Part shown: piece after piece, positions 9,262-17,928 of the stretch | Numbering within the stretch: the stretch's first letter is position 1 | How the letters are laid out: each line of letters opens with the position of its first letter | DNA from: an uncultured delta proteobacterium | Lineage (GTDB): Bacteria; Desulfobacterota; Desulfobacteria; Desulfobacterales; Desulfatirhabdiaceae | Length of the DNA stretch: 28,644 nucleotides | Direction: 5' to 3' | Assembly: GCA_963789395.1 (NCBI GenBank) | Contig: CAWBKP010000008.1 | Coordinates: 1 to 28,644 of the forward strand | Notes under the pieces: generated by a model | What the model saw: the letters and a program-made list of their open reading frames with translations, nothing else | The model's database searches: none | Told to the model about the DNA's origin: nothing | Program-made: the position numbers and the translations under genes

Positions 9262-9296
9262 CCTGTTGATGACCTCAAAAAGTTTGTCATCTGATT

Positions 9297-10577
9297 ATGC
9301 TTGATATTGTACTTCTGGGATTAAATCATAAAACCGCTCCGGTTGAGCTGCGGGAATGTCTTGCTTTTTCCGGGGAGCAACTCGCAACCGCCCTGGATGA
9401 CTTCCGCAATTATCCCCACCTTTCCGAAATGGTACTGGTTTCCACCTGCAATCGGGTGGAAATTCTGATGACGACTTCGGACAGACCACTTGCGATTCAA
9501 ACCGCCAAACAGTATATTTCTGAAATCAAACAGATACCTGTTTCCGAATTTGAAAACGCCTTGTATATTCATACCGGAGAAGATGCCATCCGCCATGTTT
9601 TTCGTGTAGCTTCCAGCCTGGATTCCATGGTTGTCGGAGAACCCCAGATTCTTGGGCAGATGAAGGACGCCTATCTGACGGCAACGCAGAAAAACACATC
9701 CGGTGTGATCCTGAATCGACTGCTTCACAAGACTTTTTTCGTGGCCAAGCGGGTCCGCAGCGAAACCGGCATCGGCGACCATGCAGTATCCATCAGTTAC
9801 GCAGCCATCGAGCTGGGCCGCAAGATTTTCGGCTCTCTGGAAGATAAAAAAGTGCTTCTGATCGGCGCAGGTGAAATGGCTGAACTGGCAGTCGAACACC
9901 TGATTCGAAACCGCTCCGGAGATATTTTTGTGGCAAACCGGACATTTGAACGCGGGCTGGAACTGGCAAAACGATTCAAAGGCAGCGCGATTCGGATTGA
10001 AGAAGTGTCCGAGTATCTGAAAGAAGTCGATATCGTCATCAGCTCAACCGGCGCTCCCGGATTCATCCTGACCCGCGACCAGGTGAAATCGATCATGCGC
10101 GTCCGCAAAAACCGGTCGATTTTTTTCATCGACATTGCCGTTCCCCGCGACATCGATCCGGAAATCAACAGCCTCAGCAATGCCTATGTTTACGATATCG
10201 ATGACTTGAAAAATGTCATCGATGAAAACATCGAAGACCGGAATCGGGAGGCCGTCAAAGGGGAGCGCATCGTGGATGAAGCAGTCATTCAATTCCGCAA
10301 GTGGTATGAGAGCCTGGGCGTTGTACCCACTATCGTGGCGCTGAGAGCCAAACTGGAGCGCATTGCGGAATACGAAACCCAGAAAACCCTCCAATCCCTC
10401 AAACATCTTTCAGAAGACGACCGCAGCGCCCTTCAGCGAATGACTCAGGCAATGGTCAATAAAGTACTTCATGATCCAACGGTATATTTAAAAAGAAACG
10501 GCTGTTACGGGGACAAATCGACTCACATTGACATAACCCGCAAGCTCTTTAATCTGGATGATGACATACACAATTGA
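9297..10577 (+). CDS. hemA: Glutamyl-tRNA reductase
   Basis: GLNHKTAPVELRE, STCNRVE, SLDSMVVGEPQILGQ, IGAGEM, NRT, DIAVPRDI. Confidence 0.98.
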   Translation: MLDIVLLGLNHKTAPVELRECLAFSGEQLATALDDFRNYPHLSEMVLVSTCNRVEILMTTSDRPLAIQTAKQYISEIKQIPVSEFENALYIHTGEDAIRHVFRVASSLDSMVVGEPQILGQMKDAYLTATQKNTSGVILNRLLHKTFFVAKRVRSETGIGDHAVSISYAAIELGRKIFGSLEDKKVLLIGAGEMAELAVEHLIRNRSGDIFVANRTFERGLELAKRFKGSAIRIEEVSEYLKEVDIVISSTGAPGFILTRDQVKSIMRVRKNRSIFFIDIAVPRDIDPEINSLSNAYVYDIDDLKNVIDENIEDRNREAVKGERIVDEAVIQFRKWYESLGVVPTIVALRAKLERIAEYETQKTLQSLKHLSEDDRSALQRMTQAMVNKVLHDPTVYLKRNGCYGDKSTHIDITRKLFNLDDDIHN

Positions 10578-10645
10578 CGGCTTCGGGAAAAGCCCGATTT
10601 TTGGCTCTTTGCGAATTCATTTAATTTGATTTCGGAGGTTTTTTT

Positions 10646-11584
10646 ATGAAAAAAATTGCATTTCTTTTTCCAGGTCAGGGATCTCAGAGCGTTGGCATGG
10701 GAGAAGATCTATATCAGGCATTTCCTGAAGCACGGGAGGTTTTCAGCATGGCGGAGGCCATCACCGGTATTGCCATCAGGGATTTGTGCTTTAAAGGCCC
10801 CATGGAAAATCTTACCCAGACCGTCAACCTGCAGCCGGCGGTTACGGCAATGAATCTGGCCTGTCTGTCCCTGCTATCGAAGCAGGGCATTGTCCCGGTT
10901 CTGTCAGCCGGGCACAGCCTGGGAGAATACAGCGCCCTGTGTGCAGCCGGCGTACTGTCCCCCGAAGACACGATGAAACTCGTTCACAAACGCGGCCTGC
11001 TCATGCACCGGGAAGCCACGCAAAACACCGGCGCCATGCATGCCATCGTGGGGCTCCCGATTGAAACCATCCAGGAGATGGTTCATGAAGCCCAGGCCGA
11101 AGGCATTGTTGCGGTCGCCAATCACAATACCGAAAAGCAGATCGTCATCACCGGCGCTCCGGGGCCGGTTGAAAAGGTATCCGGAAAGGCTGTGCAGCAA
11201 GGCGCCAAGGCAGTCCCCCTAAAGGTGAGCGGAGCCTGGCACAGCCGGTTGATTCAGGGCGCGGAACAGGAATTTTCGGAATTTCTCAACACCGTCCCCT
11301 TTAATACCCCGCAATGCGATGTGCTGTTGAATGTTACGGCAACTGCCGAGAAGAATCCGGACGAAATCCGCTCCGTGATGTCCCGCCAGCTCTGCAGCCC
11401 TGTTCGCTGGTATCCGGCAATGAAAGAGTTGATGGAACGCCGGATCGATGCGGTGGTGGAGGTGGGACCGGGAAGGGTTCTGGCAGGGCTCTTAAAGCAG
11501 ATCCTGCCCAAGGACTACCCCTGCAAGGTCTACACGGCAAACAACTTGAAGAACCTGGAACAGGCGATACAGGAAATAGGTTAA
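10646..11584 (+). CDS. fabD: Malonyl-CoA:ACP transacylase
   Basis: FLFPGQGSQSVGMG, GHSLGEYSA, VSGAWHS, EVGPGRVL; GGAGG RBS. Confidence 0.96.
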   Translation: MKKIAFLFPGQGSQSVGMGEDLYQAFPEAREVFSMAEAITGIAIRDLCFKGPMENLTQTVNLQPAVTAMNLACLSLLSKQGIVPVLSAGHSLGEYSALCAAGVLSPEDTMKLVHKRGLLMHREATQNTGAMHAIVGLPIETIQEMVHEAQAEGIVAVANHNTEKQIVITGAPGPVEKVSGKAVQQGAKAVPLKVSGAWHSRLIQGAEQEFSEFLNTVPFNTPQCDVLLNVTATAEKNPDEIRSVMSRQLCSPVRWYPAMKELMERRIDAVVEVGPGRVLAGLLKQILPKDYPCKVYTANNLKNLEQAIQEIG

Positions 11585-11657
11585 AGACTGAAGTCCGAAG
11601 GCTGAAGGATATTTCACATCCCATAAATTTCCACCCATAGCCTATCACCTATCGTCT
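11584..11657. repeat. Degenerate heptamer tandem repeats between convergent fabD and RACo
   Basis: AAGACTG AAGTCCG AAGGCTG AAGG (11584-11608) and ACCCATA GCCTATC ACCTATC GTCT (11633-11657). Confidence 0.5.
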
Positions 11658-13196
11658 TTATCCGCCTTTTTTCACCGACGGGAACAGCGATGGGTCCGTA
11701 TGCGGCAGGAATTTTGCCGCGCTGAAACGGTTCATGAAATCCGGATTCACATTCAGCTCCAGATAGGTGATGCTGCCCTGGATCCGGTCGACTTCTTCGA
11801 ACAATTCACTGGACTCCAGGATGCGGGCAGCTCCCCCAAGGCTGCTGTTTCCCAGGGTGTGGTAGCAGGTTAGTGGCAGATCCGGAATCATGCCGATGGA
11901 AATGGCCGAAACCGGGTTGATGAAGGACCCGAATGTTCCGGCCACATAAAACCGGGGCAGGTCCCGGGGCGTCATGCCCACCGAAGCAGTAAGGGTTTCC
12001 AGAATGGTGTACATGGCTGCCTTGGACCGGATCAGGCTGTCGATGTCCGCCTGGGATATGGAAAGATCTCGCCCGGCTGCCGCATTTTTTTGATCCACCA
12101 CCATAAAGTGCTTCAGGCCGTCGATTTCCTTCAATCGGCCGCCGCATGCTGCAGGCACGAATTTTCCCCGGATATCAAGCATGCCGCGCAAAAAAAGCTG
12201 GGCCGCCAGGTCGATCAGGCCGGATCCGCAAATTCCAACGGGTGGCAGCTCTTCAATGGTGTGGATATCTATTTGAAGGGTATCCGGGTCAATAATAACC
12301 CGGTCAATCACGCCCGGACCGGCCATCATGCCCATTTGGGCAGCGCCTCCTTCCAGGGCGGGCCCCGCTGCGCCAGCGCAGGCGATCATCCAGTTTTTGT
12401 TTCCCAGAACCACTTCGGCATTGGTGCCGACATCCACCAGGATGGCGGTTTCTTCTCGCTGGTTGAGACCGCAATACAGGATCCCGGCAATCAAATCGCC
12501 GCCGAAATAGCTGCCGATATTGGGAAACACGAACGCCCTTGCGTAGGGACTGGCCAGGATTCCAAGCTGTGACGCCCGATGCGTTCCGGGCCGGTTGATG
12601 ACCGGAATATACGGCTCCCGGATGATCCAGCGTGGATTCAGGCCCATGAACAGGTGGGTCATGGCCGTGTTTCCGGCAATGGCCATCAGAAACACATCCG
12701 TTGCAGAAAAGCCGCAGGAAATACACAAGGCAGCCATCTCCCTGTTCAGCCCATCCATGATCAGGCGCTGGAGATGCTGCTGCCCCTCCGGCGTATCCGC
12801 GTGATGAATCCGGGTCAGGATATCCGGCCCCACACCCAGTTGAGGGTTGTCAAAGGAAGCTTCCGCCAGGGACCTGCCGTCTGCCAGATCCACCAGCCGC
12901 AGCACCACGCGGGTAGTTCCCAGATCAACGGCCATGCCCAGGACCGGTGCCGGATCATCGGCCGGCAGAACACCGGCTATCCCCCACCCGCCCCGATCCT
13001 TGTAAAGAACACAGCGGATATGGTACCCGGTATTTCTCAGAACATCCGGCAGCACCCGCATCAGATCCAGATCCACGGCAATATCGTCAGCATCCAAAAG
13101 GGGTTTCAGGGCCAGTATAAGCCGGTCCAAATCCGCGGTATTGTCTTTCAGTGACGGAAGGGATAAGTGAAGGGTTTGAACCCAGGCACGGGACAT
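11658..13196 (-). CDS. ASKHA-domain ATPase, RACo/DUF4445 family (reductive activator of corrinoid proteins), without the N-terminal ferredoxin domain
   Basis: PSLKDNTADLDRL linker, AVDLGTT, GNTAM, FGGD, DVGTNAE, AAGPALEG, GICGSG, AGTFGS, GNSS, FLPHTD; start at 13196 (or 13217). Confidence 0.9.
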   Translation of the reverse strand: MSRAWVQTLHLSLPSLKDNTADLDRLILALKPLLDADDIAVDLDLMRVLPDVLRNTGYHIRCVLYKDRGGWGIAGVLPADDPAPVLGMAVDLGTTRVVLRLVDLADGRSLAEASFDNPQLGVGPDILTRIHHADTPEGQQHLQRLIMDGLNREMAALCISCGFSATDVFLMAIAGNTAMTHLFMGLNPRWIIREPYIPVINRPGTHRASQLGILASPYARAFVFPNIGSYFGGDLIAGILYCGLNQREETAILVDVGTNAEVVLGNKNWMIACAGAAGPALEGGAAQMGMMAGPGVIDRVIIDPDTLQIDIHTIEELPPVGICGSGLIDLAAQLFLRGMLDIRGKFVPAACGGRLKEIDGLKHFMVVDQKNAAAGRDLSISQADIDSLIRSKAAMYTILETLTASVGMTPRDLPRFYVAGTFGSFINPVSAISIGMIPDLPLTCYHTLGNSSLGGAARILESSELFEEVDRIQGSITYLELNVNPDFMNRFSAAKFLPHTDPSLFPSVKKGG

Positions 13197-13541
13197 CTTC
13201 ACACCTGCTTGAAACATGCTGTAGAGGTTTCTTTTCCATTTATAATGGGGAGCCGTTGCAATGAATCAACGCAACGACTGATGCGGGTCGCTATGTTGCG
13301 AATCCGTATCATCCATGCCCTGATATGGCAAGAAAAACATTATGCAACATGGCGGCAAATGAAGCAACAATTTGACAATGACAAGTCTGATAATGTAATC
13401 TTATCAATTGTGCTGGCCGCTTCCCCAACGGCGAGATCACCGGCTGCGACACTTTTTCAGGGCGGCTGAACACTGCACGATGAAATTTTCCAATGACAAA
13501 ACCCGGATAATGATCATATTTCATGTCACGAAAGGATATTC

Positions 13542-14397
13542 ATGAAAACGCTTCATAAAACTATAGGCTTTATCGGCGCAGGAACCATGGGAGAGGCCAT
13601 GATCAGCGCACTGATTCAGGCCGGCGTAATTGACGCCTCCGCCATTACCGCCAGCGACGTGAACCCGGATCGTCTCGATAGTCTGAAGCGCTCTTATGGC
13701 ATCCAAGTCACAGCGGACAATTTTGCTCTTTTTTCAGCCTGTGACATCGTGGTTCTGGCAGTAAAACCGCACCAGGTCGTGACCATCCTGTCAAGCATTG
13801 CCGCTGCCAGGGGTTACCGGGTCATCAACCGGAAGCTGGTGATATCCATTGCAGCCGGCATTCCCCTATCGAGAATCGAAAACTGCCTCTATCCCCAACT
13901 GGATGCCACCGGCCGCAGCCAGCTTCCCATCATCCGCGTGATGCCCAATACGCCATCCCTGGTTCTGGCCGGTATGTCTGGCATGAGCCCAAATAACCAT
14001 GCGACATCAGATGACCTGGCAGCTGCGGAAAGAATTCTGAGGGCGATGGGGAATGTAATCGCATTCAAGGAAGCCGATCTGGATGCCGTAACCGCTGTAT
14101 CCGGATCCGGTCCGGCCTATGTCTTTTATTACATAGAATCCATGATCGAAGCAGGCGTAAAATCCGGCCTTACTTCAGCAGATGCCGCTGAACTGGTCCT
14201 TACGACCATCAAGGGAGCGGTCAAGCTTCTTGAGGACTCGGGGAGATTCTCCCGAACATCTTCGCCGACTGGTCACCACACCGGGCGGAACCACGGAGGC
14301 GGCCCTGAAAGTGCTTGAAACCAGGCATTTCAAGCAGGCCATCGTGGATGCCATTGCCGCCGCTACGGAAAAAGCACGGGAAATCGGCAACAGGTAA
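13542..14397 (+). CDS. proC: Pyrroline-5-carboxylate reductase (+1 frameshift in G-run near 14240-14243)
   Basis: GFIGAGTMG, LAVKP, ISIAAG, RVMPNTP, TAVSGSGPAY; the C-terminal VTTPGGTTEAAL lies in the 14182 frame. Confidence 0.94.
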
Positions 14398-14480
14398 TGT
14401 AACCGATCGGTTTGGATACGCTCATAGAGTTTAGAACTGTGTGTTGCAAACAGATTGTTTTGCATTTTGACAATGGAAAC

Positions 14481-14520
14481 TTGAATTTGTTTCGGATTTC
14501 GGATTTCGATATTCGGATTT
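14481..14520. repeat. Heptamer tandem repeat TTCGGAT
   Basis: TTGAATTTGT TTCGGAT TTCGGAT TTCGATA TTCGGAT TT. Confidence 0.7.
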
Positions 14521-14522
14521 TA

Positions 14523-14545
14523 CCTGAACGGACTTTTCGTTCAGG
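14523..14545. other. Intergenic hairpin upstream of ccdA
   Basis: CCTGAACG gactttt CGTTCAGG, a perfect 8-bp stem with no U-tract. Confidence 0.5.
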
Positions 14546-14576
14546 CACAACTTACCTCCCTTGAAAGCGTGAGCCC

Positions 14577-15264
14577 ATGTTCGCAGAGACCATCAGCTAT
14601 CCGGCAGCCCTACTGGCCGGTCTTTTGTCCTTTTTTTCTCCTTGTATTTTGCCGCTGATTCCCGCATACTTTACATTTATTACCGGATTTACTCTGGATG
14701 AATTGACCGGGTCCGACAGCAGCATTCGAAAAAAAGTCGTTCTTTCAACCATTGCCTATGTATCCGGGTTTTCAGTTGTGTTTATCCTGATGGGCGCATC
14801 GGCGTCTTTTCTGGGAAGCTTTATTCAGATTTACAGCGAAGCCATCCGCATCATGGGCGGAATTCTGATTATTCTTCTTGGCCTTCATCTGACCGGCTGG
14901 CTGCGTTTCAATGCACTGGAAGTTTGAAAAACGCGTACAGGTACACAAAAAACCCGTTCATTTTATGGGAACTTTTTTGGTGGGAATGGCATTCGGAGCC
15001 GGCTGGAGCCCCTGCATCGGTCCGCTTCTGGGTTCCATTCTGATTATAGCCGGCAGCAAGGAAACCGTTTATGAAGGCATCTCACTGTTAAGCGTCTATT
15101 CATTGGGTCTGGCCATTCCGTTTGTAATCATGTCTTTTTTTATCAATGTCATGTTGTCATTTTTGAAAAAAGCAACACGGGCATTGAAATATTTTAATCG
15201 CATTGCCGGCATTCTCTTGATCCTGGTGGGGCTGTCGCTTGTATTTAATAAAATGATTCTGTAA
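14577..15264 (+). CDS. ccdA: Cytochrome c biogenesis thiol-disulfide transporter CcdA (+1 frameshift near 14920)
   Basis: AGLLSFFSPCILPLIPAY in ORF 14577; GMAFGAGWSPCIGPLLGSIL and YSLGLAIPF in ORF 14911. Confidence 0.93.
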
Positions 15265-15305
15265 TGCTGAAAACTTCGTAATCTTCAAATGTAAGGATTT
15301 TATTC

Positions 15306-15764
15306 ATGAAACGCTTTATTGCTTTTTTTCTTTTAAGCCTTGCTGTCTTGATGACGACTTTTCCTTCGAAAAGTTTCTGTGCTGAAACCGTCAAATGGTA
15401 TTCCTACGATGAGGGAATGACTTTGGGAAAAAGTCAGCACAAAAAAATATTCATCAATTTTTTTGCCGACTGGTGCGGCTACTGCACAAAAATGGACAAG
15501 GGAACATTCGTGGACCCGGAAATCGTGTCCTATCTGAACAAGAACTTCATTTCCATCAAAGTGAATTCCGACAAGGATAGCGCGCTGGCCACCCGGTATA
15601 AGGTCCGCGGACTGCCTTCCAACTGGTTTGTGACGGAAGCCGGAGACCAGATTGGAAATTATCCCGGATATATTCCCGCGGACAATCTCCTGCCGATTTT
15701 AAAATTTATTCAGACCGACAGCTACAAGCAAATGGCGTTCAAGGATTTTATGAAAATCAAGTAA
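15306..15764 (+). CDS. Periplasmic thioredoxin-family protein
   Basis: Signal peptide, FFADWCGYC, YKVRGLP (cis-Pro loop); adjacent to ccdA. Confidence 0.9.
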   Translation: MKRFIAFFLLSLAVLMTTFPSKSFCAETVKWYSYDEGMTLGKSQHKKIFINFFADWCGYCTKMDKGTFVDPEIVSYLNKNFISIKVNSDKDSALATRYKVRGLPSNWFVTEAGDQIGNYPGYIPADNLLPILKFIQTDSYKQMAFKDFMKIK

Positions 15765-15856
15765 TTCCTGTTTGCATTCAAACCAATACCTTTTGACAAA
15801 TTCATCAGCGATGGGTTGAGGGGTCTTTTGAAAATACCTGGAGCGTACAAGGGGGG

Positions 15857-16459
15857 ATGTTCATTAACAAATCGTGTTTAAAAGTAATCGTGGACACTGC
15901 GGCACATCCGGGCCCCCCCGAAGCCGGGAAATATCAGTCCACCAGCGTATTCCTGCTGGTTTTCGATCAGCACAAGCCCCAGATTCTTGCAATTCAAAAG
16001 GCGGACACCGAAGGCTATCCCTGGCGCAATCAGGTTGCTCTGCCGGGCGGGCATATAGACCCGGAGGACGACAGCGCAATGGATGCCGGATTTCGGGAAT
16101 TACAGGAAGAGCTCGACATCTCTCGGGACCAGGTCGATTATGTGGGAAGTCTGGGACATTTTCAAACGATAAACCATAAAGACATTCAGGTTTTTGTGGG
16201 CTTTTGGAATGGTAACGGAATCATCCGGCACAATCCGGAAGAAATCTCCAGAACGCTGAAAATCCCGCTGGAAACGCTGGTGGATATCCACATGGCACAA
16301 GGCTATCACGGACGGTTGCCGGATGTATTCACCCTGCTCTACCCTTACCAGGACGTCACCATCTGGGGGGTGACCGCCAAGATTCTTCACCATTTTATCG
16401 AAGTTCTCTACCCGCACCTGGCCGGCATTACCTGTCTATCCGCCGAACGTAGCGATTGA
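15857..16459 (+). CDS. Nudix hydrolase, CoA pyrophosphatase (NudL/PCD1-like)
   Basis: QVALPGGHIDPEDDSAMDAGFRELQEELDI Nudix box, NPEEI, IWGVTAKIL. Confidence 0.87.
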   Translation: MFINKSCLKVIVDTAAHPGPPEAGKYQSTSVFLLVFDQHKPQILAIQKADTEGYPWRNQVALPGGHIDPEDDSAMDAGFRELQEELDISRDQVDYVGSLGHFQTINHKDIQVFVGFWNGNGIIRHNPEEISRTLKIPLETLVDIHMAQGYHGRLPDVFTLLYPYQDVTIWGVTAKILHHFIEVLYPHLAGITCLSAERSD

Positions 16460-16691
16460 TCAACCGAATGACTATGGATACAAAAACCCCCAAGCCCATT
16501 GAAAACAGCACCCCCGGAATCCAGAGATATTGCCGGTAAGCCGCAGTTTCATAAGCCACATGAATTCCGCAAACGCTAAAAAGCAGAACGAATCCAGTAA
16601 ACAACAGGGTGGCAAAGCAGACGATTTCGGAATCGTACCAGGGAAGAATCACCCTTCGGTAAACGGGTTTTGGATCCAGCAGCATCGGCAT
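16428..16691 (-). CDS. Small hypothetical membrane protein (2 TM)
   Basis: MPMLLDPKPVYRRVILPWYDSE followed by two hydrophobic helices and a basic tail; fills the gap between the Nudix and ChaN genes. Confidence 0.6.
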   Translation of the reverse strand: MPMLLDPKPVYRRVILPWYDSEIVCFATLLFTGFVLLFSVCGIHVAYETAAYRQYLWIPGVLFSMGLGVFVSIVIRLINRYVRRIDR

Positions 16692-16807
16692 TCTTTCTGA
16701 TCTATCAAAAAAAGGTGAGGTCAACATGCCTCACAGATGATGAAATATATTTGGATAATAGGGGTTTCATCCGGAAAAATCAATCATTGATAATTAAGGA
16801 AAGGCAA

Positions 16808-17698
16808 ATGCAATCCATGCGACTTTTCATCCCACTGGTGATGCTGGTAACCGTCATTTTGGCTTCGGGCTGCGCCGCACCTGCCAAAAAAACCCGGGTT
16901 GCCGGTCTGAATATGGAATTCGGGGCAGATTCTCTCCTATCGGGGAAAACCGGAATCCCGGTATCCTATGCGTCAATGCTCAAGGATCTGGAGGACGCCC
17001 GGGTTATATACATCGGAGAAAACCATACGGACCCGGTCCACCATCGCATTCAGCTGCAGGTGATTCAGGATATCATGGCACGGTATCCAACGGCCGTGGG
17101 TGTGGAAATGATCGATCATGATTATCAACCTGTTCTGGACCAATGGTCTCGCGGGGAATTGAGCGATCAGGAATTTTTGGAAAAAATCCACTGGTATGCC
17201 AACTGGCGATATGATTTCGATCTTTACCGCGGCATTTTTGAAACCGTCAAGGAAAAGCACCTGCCCCTTATCGGATTGAATCTGCCGTTTCACATTCCCC
17301 CCAAAATCGCCGTTGGCGGCATCGACAATCTGCTGCCCGAAGATGCCGCGCACCTGCCGCAAGCAATCACCCTTACCGATCCGGATCATCGCGCTTATGT
17401 TGAAAAAGTTTTCAACATGCATCAGATCAAGGGAAAAGAAAATTTCGAATATTTTTATGCGGCCCAGTGCACCTGGGAAGATGCCATGGCAGAAGCCGTT
17501 GCCAGACACCTGAACGATCGCAAGTTGATCGTTCTTGTCGGAAACGGTCATATCGTCCAAAAATTCGGTGTTCCAAACCGAGCATTCAACCGGACCCAGG
17601 CGCCGTTTAAAACCCTGTATCTGGCTCCGGCCGGCAGCACGGTTGATCTTTCTTACGGAGATTATATCTGGGTCACCGGGGCCGACAACACCGACTGA
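16808..17698 (+). CDS. ChaN-family (haem-binding uptake/Tiki superfamily) lipoprotein
   Basis: Lipobox LASGC; VIYIGENH..HHRIQL, GVEMI, QPVLDQW, YRGIFE, LIGLN, AQCTWEDAMAE, GNGH. Confidence 0.82.
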   Translation: MQSMRLFIPLVMLVTVILASGCAAPAKKTRVAGLNMEFGADSLLSGKTGIPVSYASMLKDLEDARVIYIGENHTDPVHHRIQLQVIQDIMARYPTAVGVEMIDHDYQPVLDQWSRGELSDQEFLEKIHWYANWRYDFDLYRGIFETVKEKHLPLIGLNLPFHIPPKIAVGGIDNLLPEDAAHLPQAITLTDPDHRAYVEKVFNMHQIKGKENFEYFYAAQCTWEDAMAEAVARHLNDRKLIVLVGNGHIVQKFGVPNRAFNRTQAPFKTLYLAPAGSTVDLSYGDYIWVTGADNTD

Positions 17699-17831
17699 TC
17701 GTCAAAAAAAATCTCCGCTGACTTTCCCGCTGTAGAAATCCTGGACATGGCCGGACAGAAGATCATACCCTTTTTCCCGAATGATAATCGTCCGGGCCTC
17801 CCGCGCCCTTTCAAAATTATCATGATTCAAC

Positions 17832-17860
17832 TTGATCATCTGGCATTTTTTAGATAATAT
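17832..17860 (+). promoter_or_regulatory. Putative sigma70 promoter of the MIPS operon
   Basis: TTGATC - 17 nt - TAATAT in an AT-rich intergenic stretch. Confidence 0.45.
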
Positions 17861-17928
17861 TTTGAAATCAATAAAATTTATTTTAACGACTTCGGAAGAA
17901 GCCCATCTGAGATTGCCGAGGCTGATAC

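Noticed and set aside
13167..13524. Short ORFs between RACo and proC as a missing ferredoxin domain or small gene
   Set aside because: No Fe-S Cys motif, RBS or family resemblance; the region looks like a divergent promoter spacer.
14182..14397. Programmed frameshifting or true pseudogenes (proC, ccdA and others)
   Set aside because: No slippery heptamer or stimulatory structure seen; scattered single indels plus adapter evidence favour sequencing error.
14481..14545. CRISPR array or internal nanopore adapter (TTCGTTCAG)
   Set aside because: The repeats are contiguous 7-mers with no spacers and no cas genes. The adapter-like 9-mer is one arm of a hairpin and the flanking genes are coherent.
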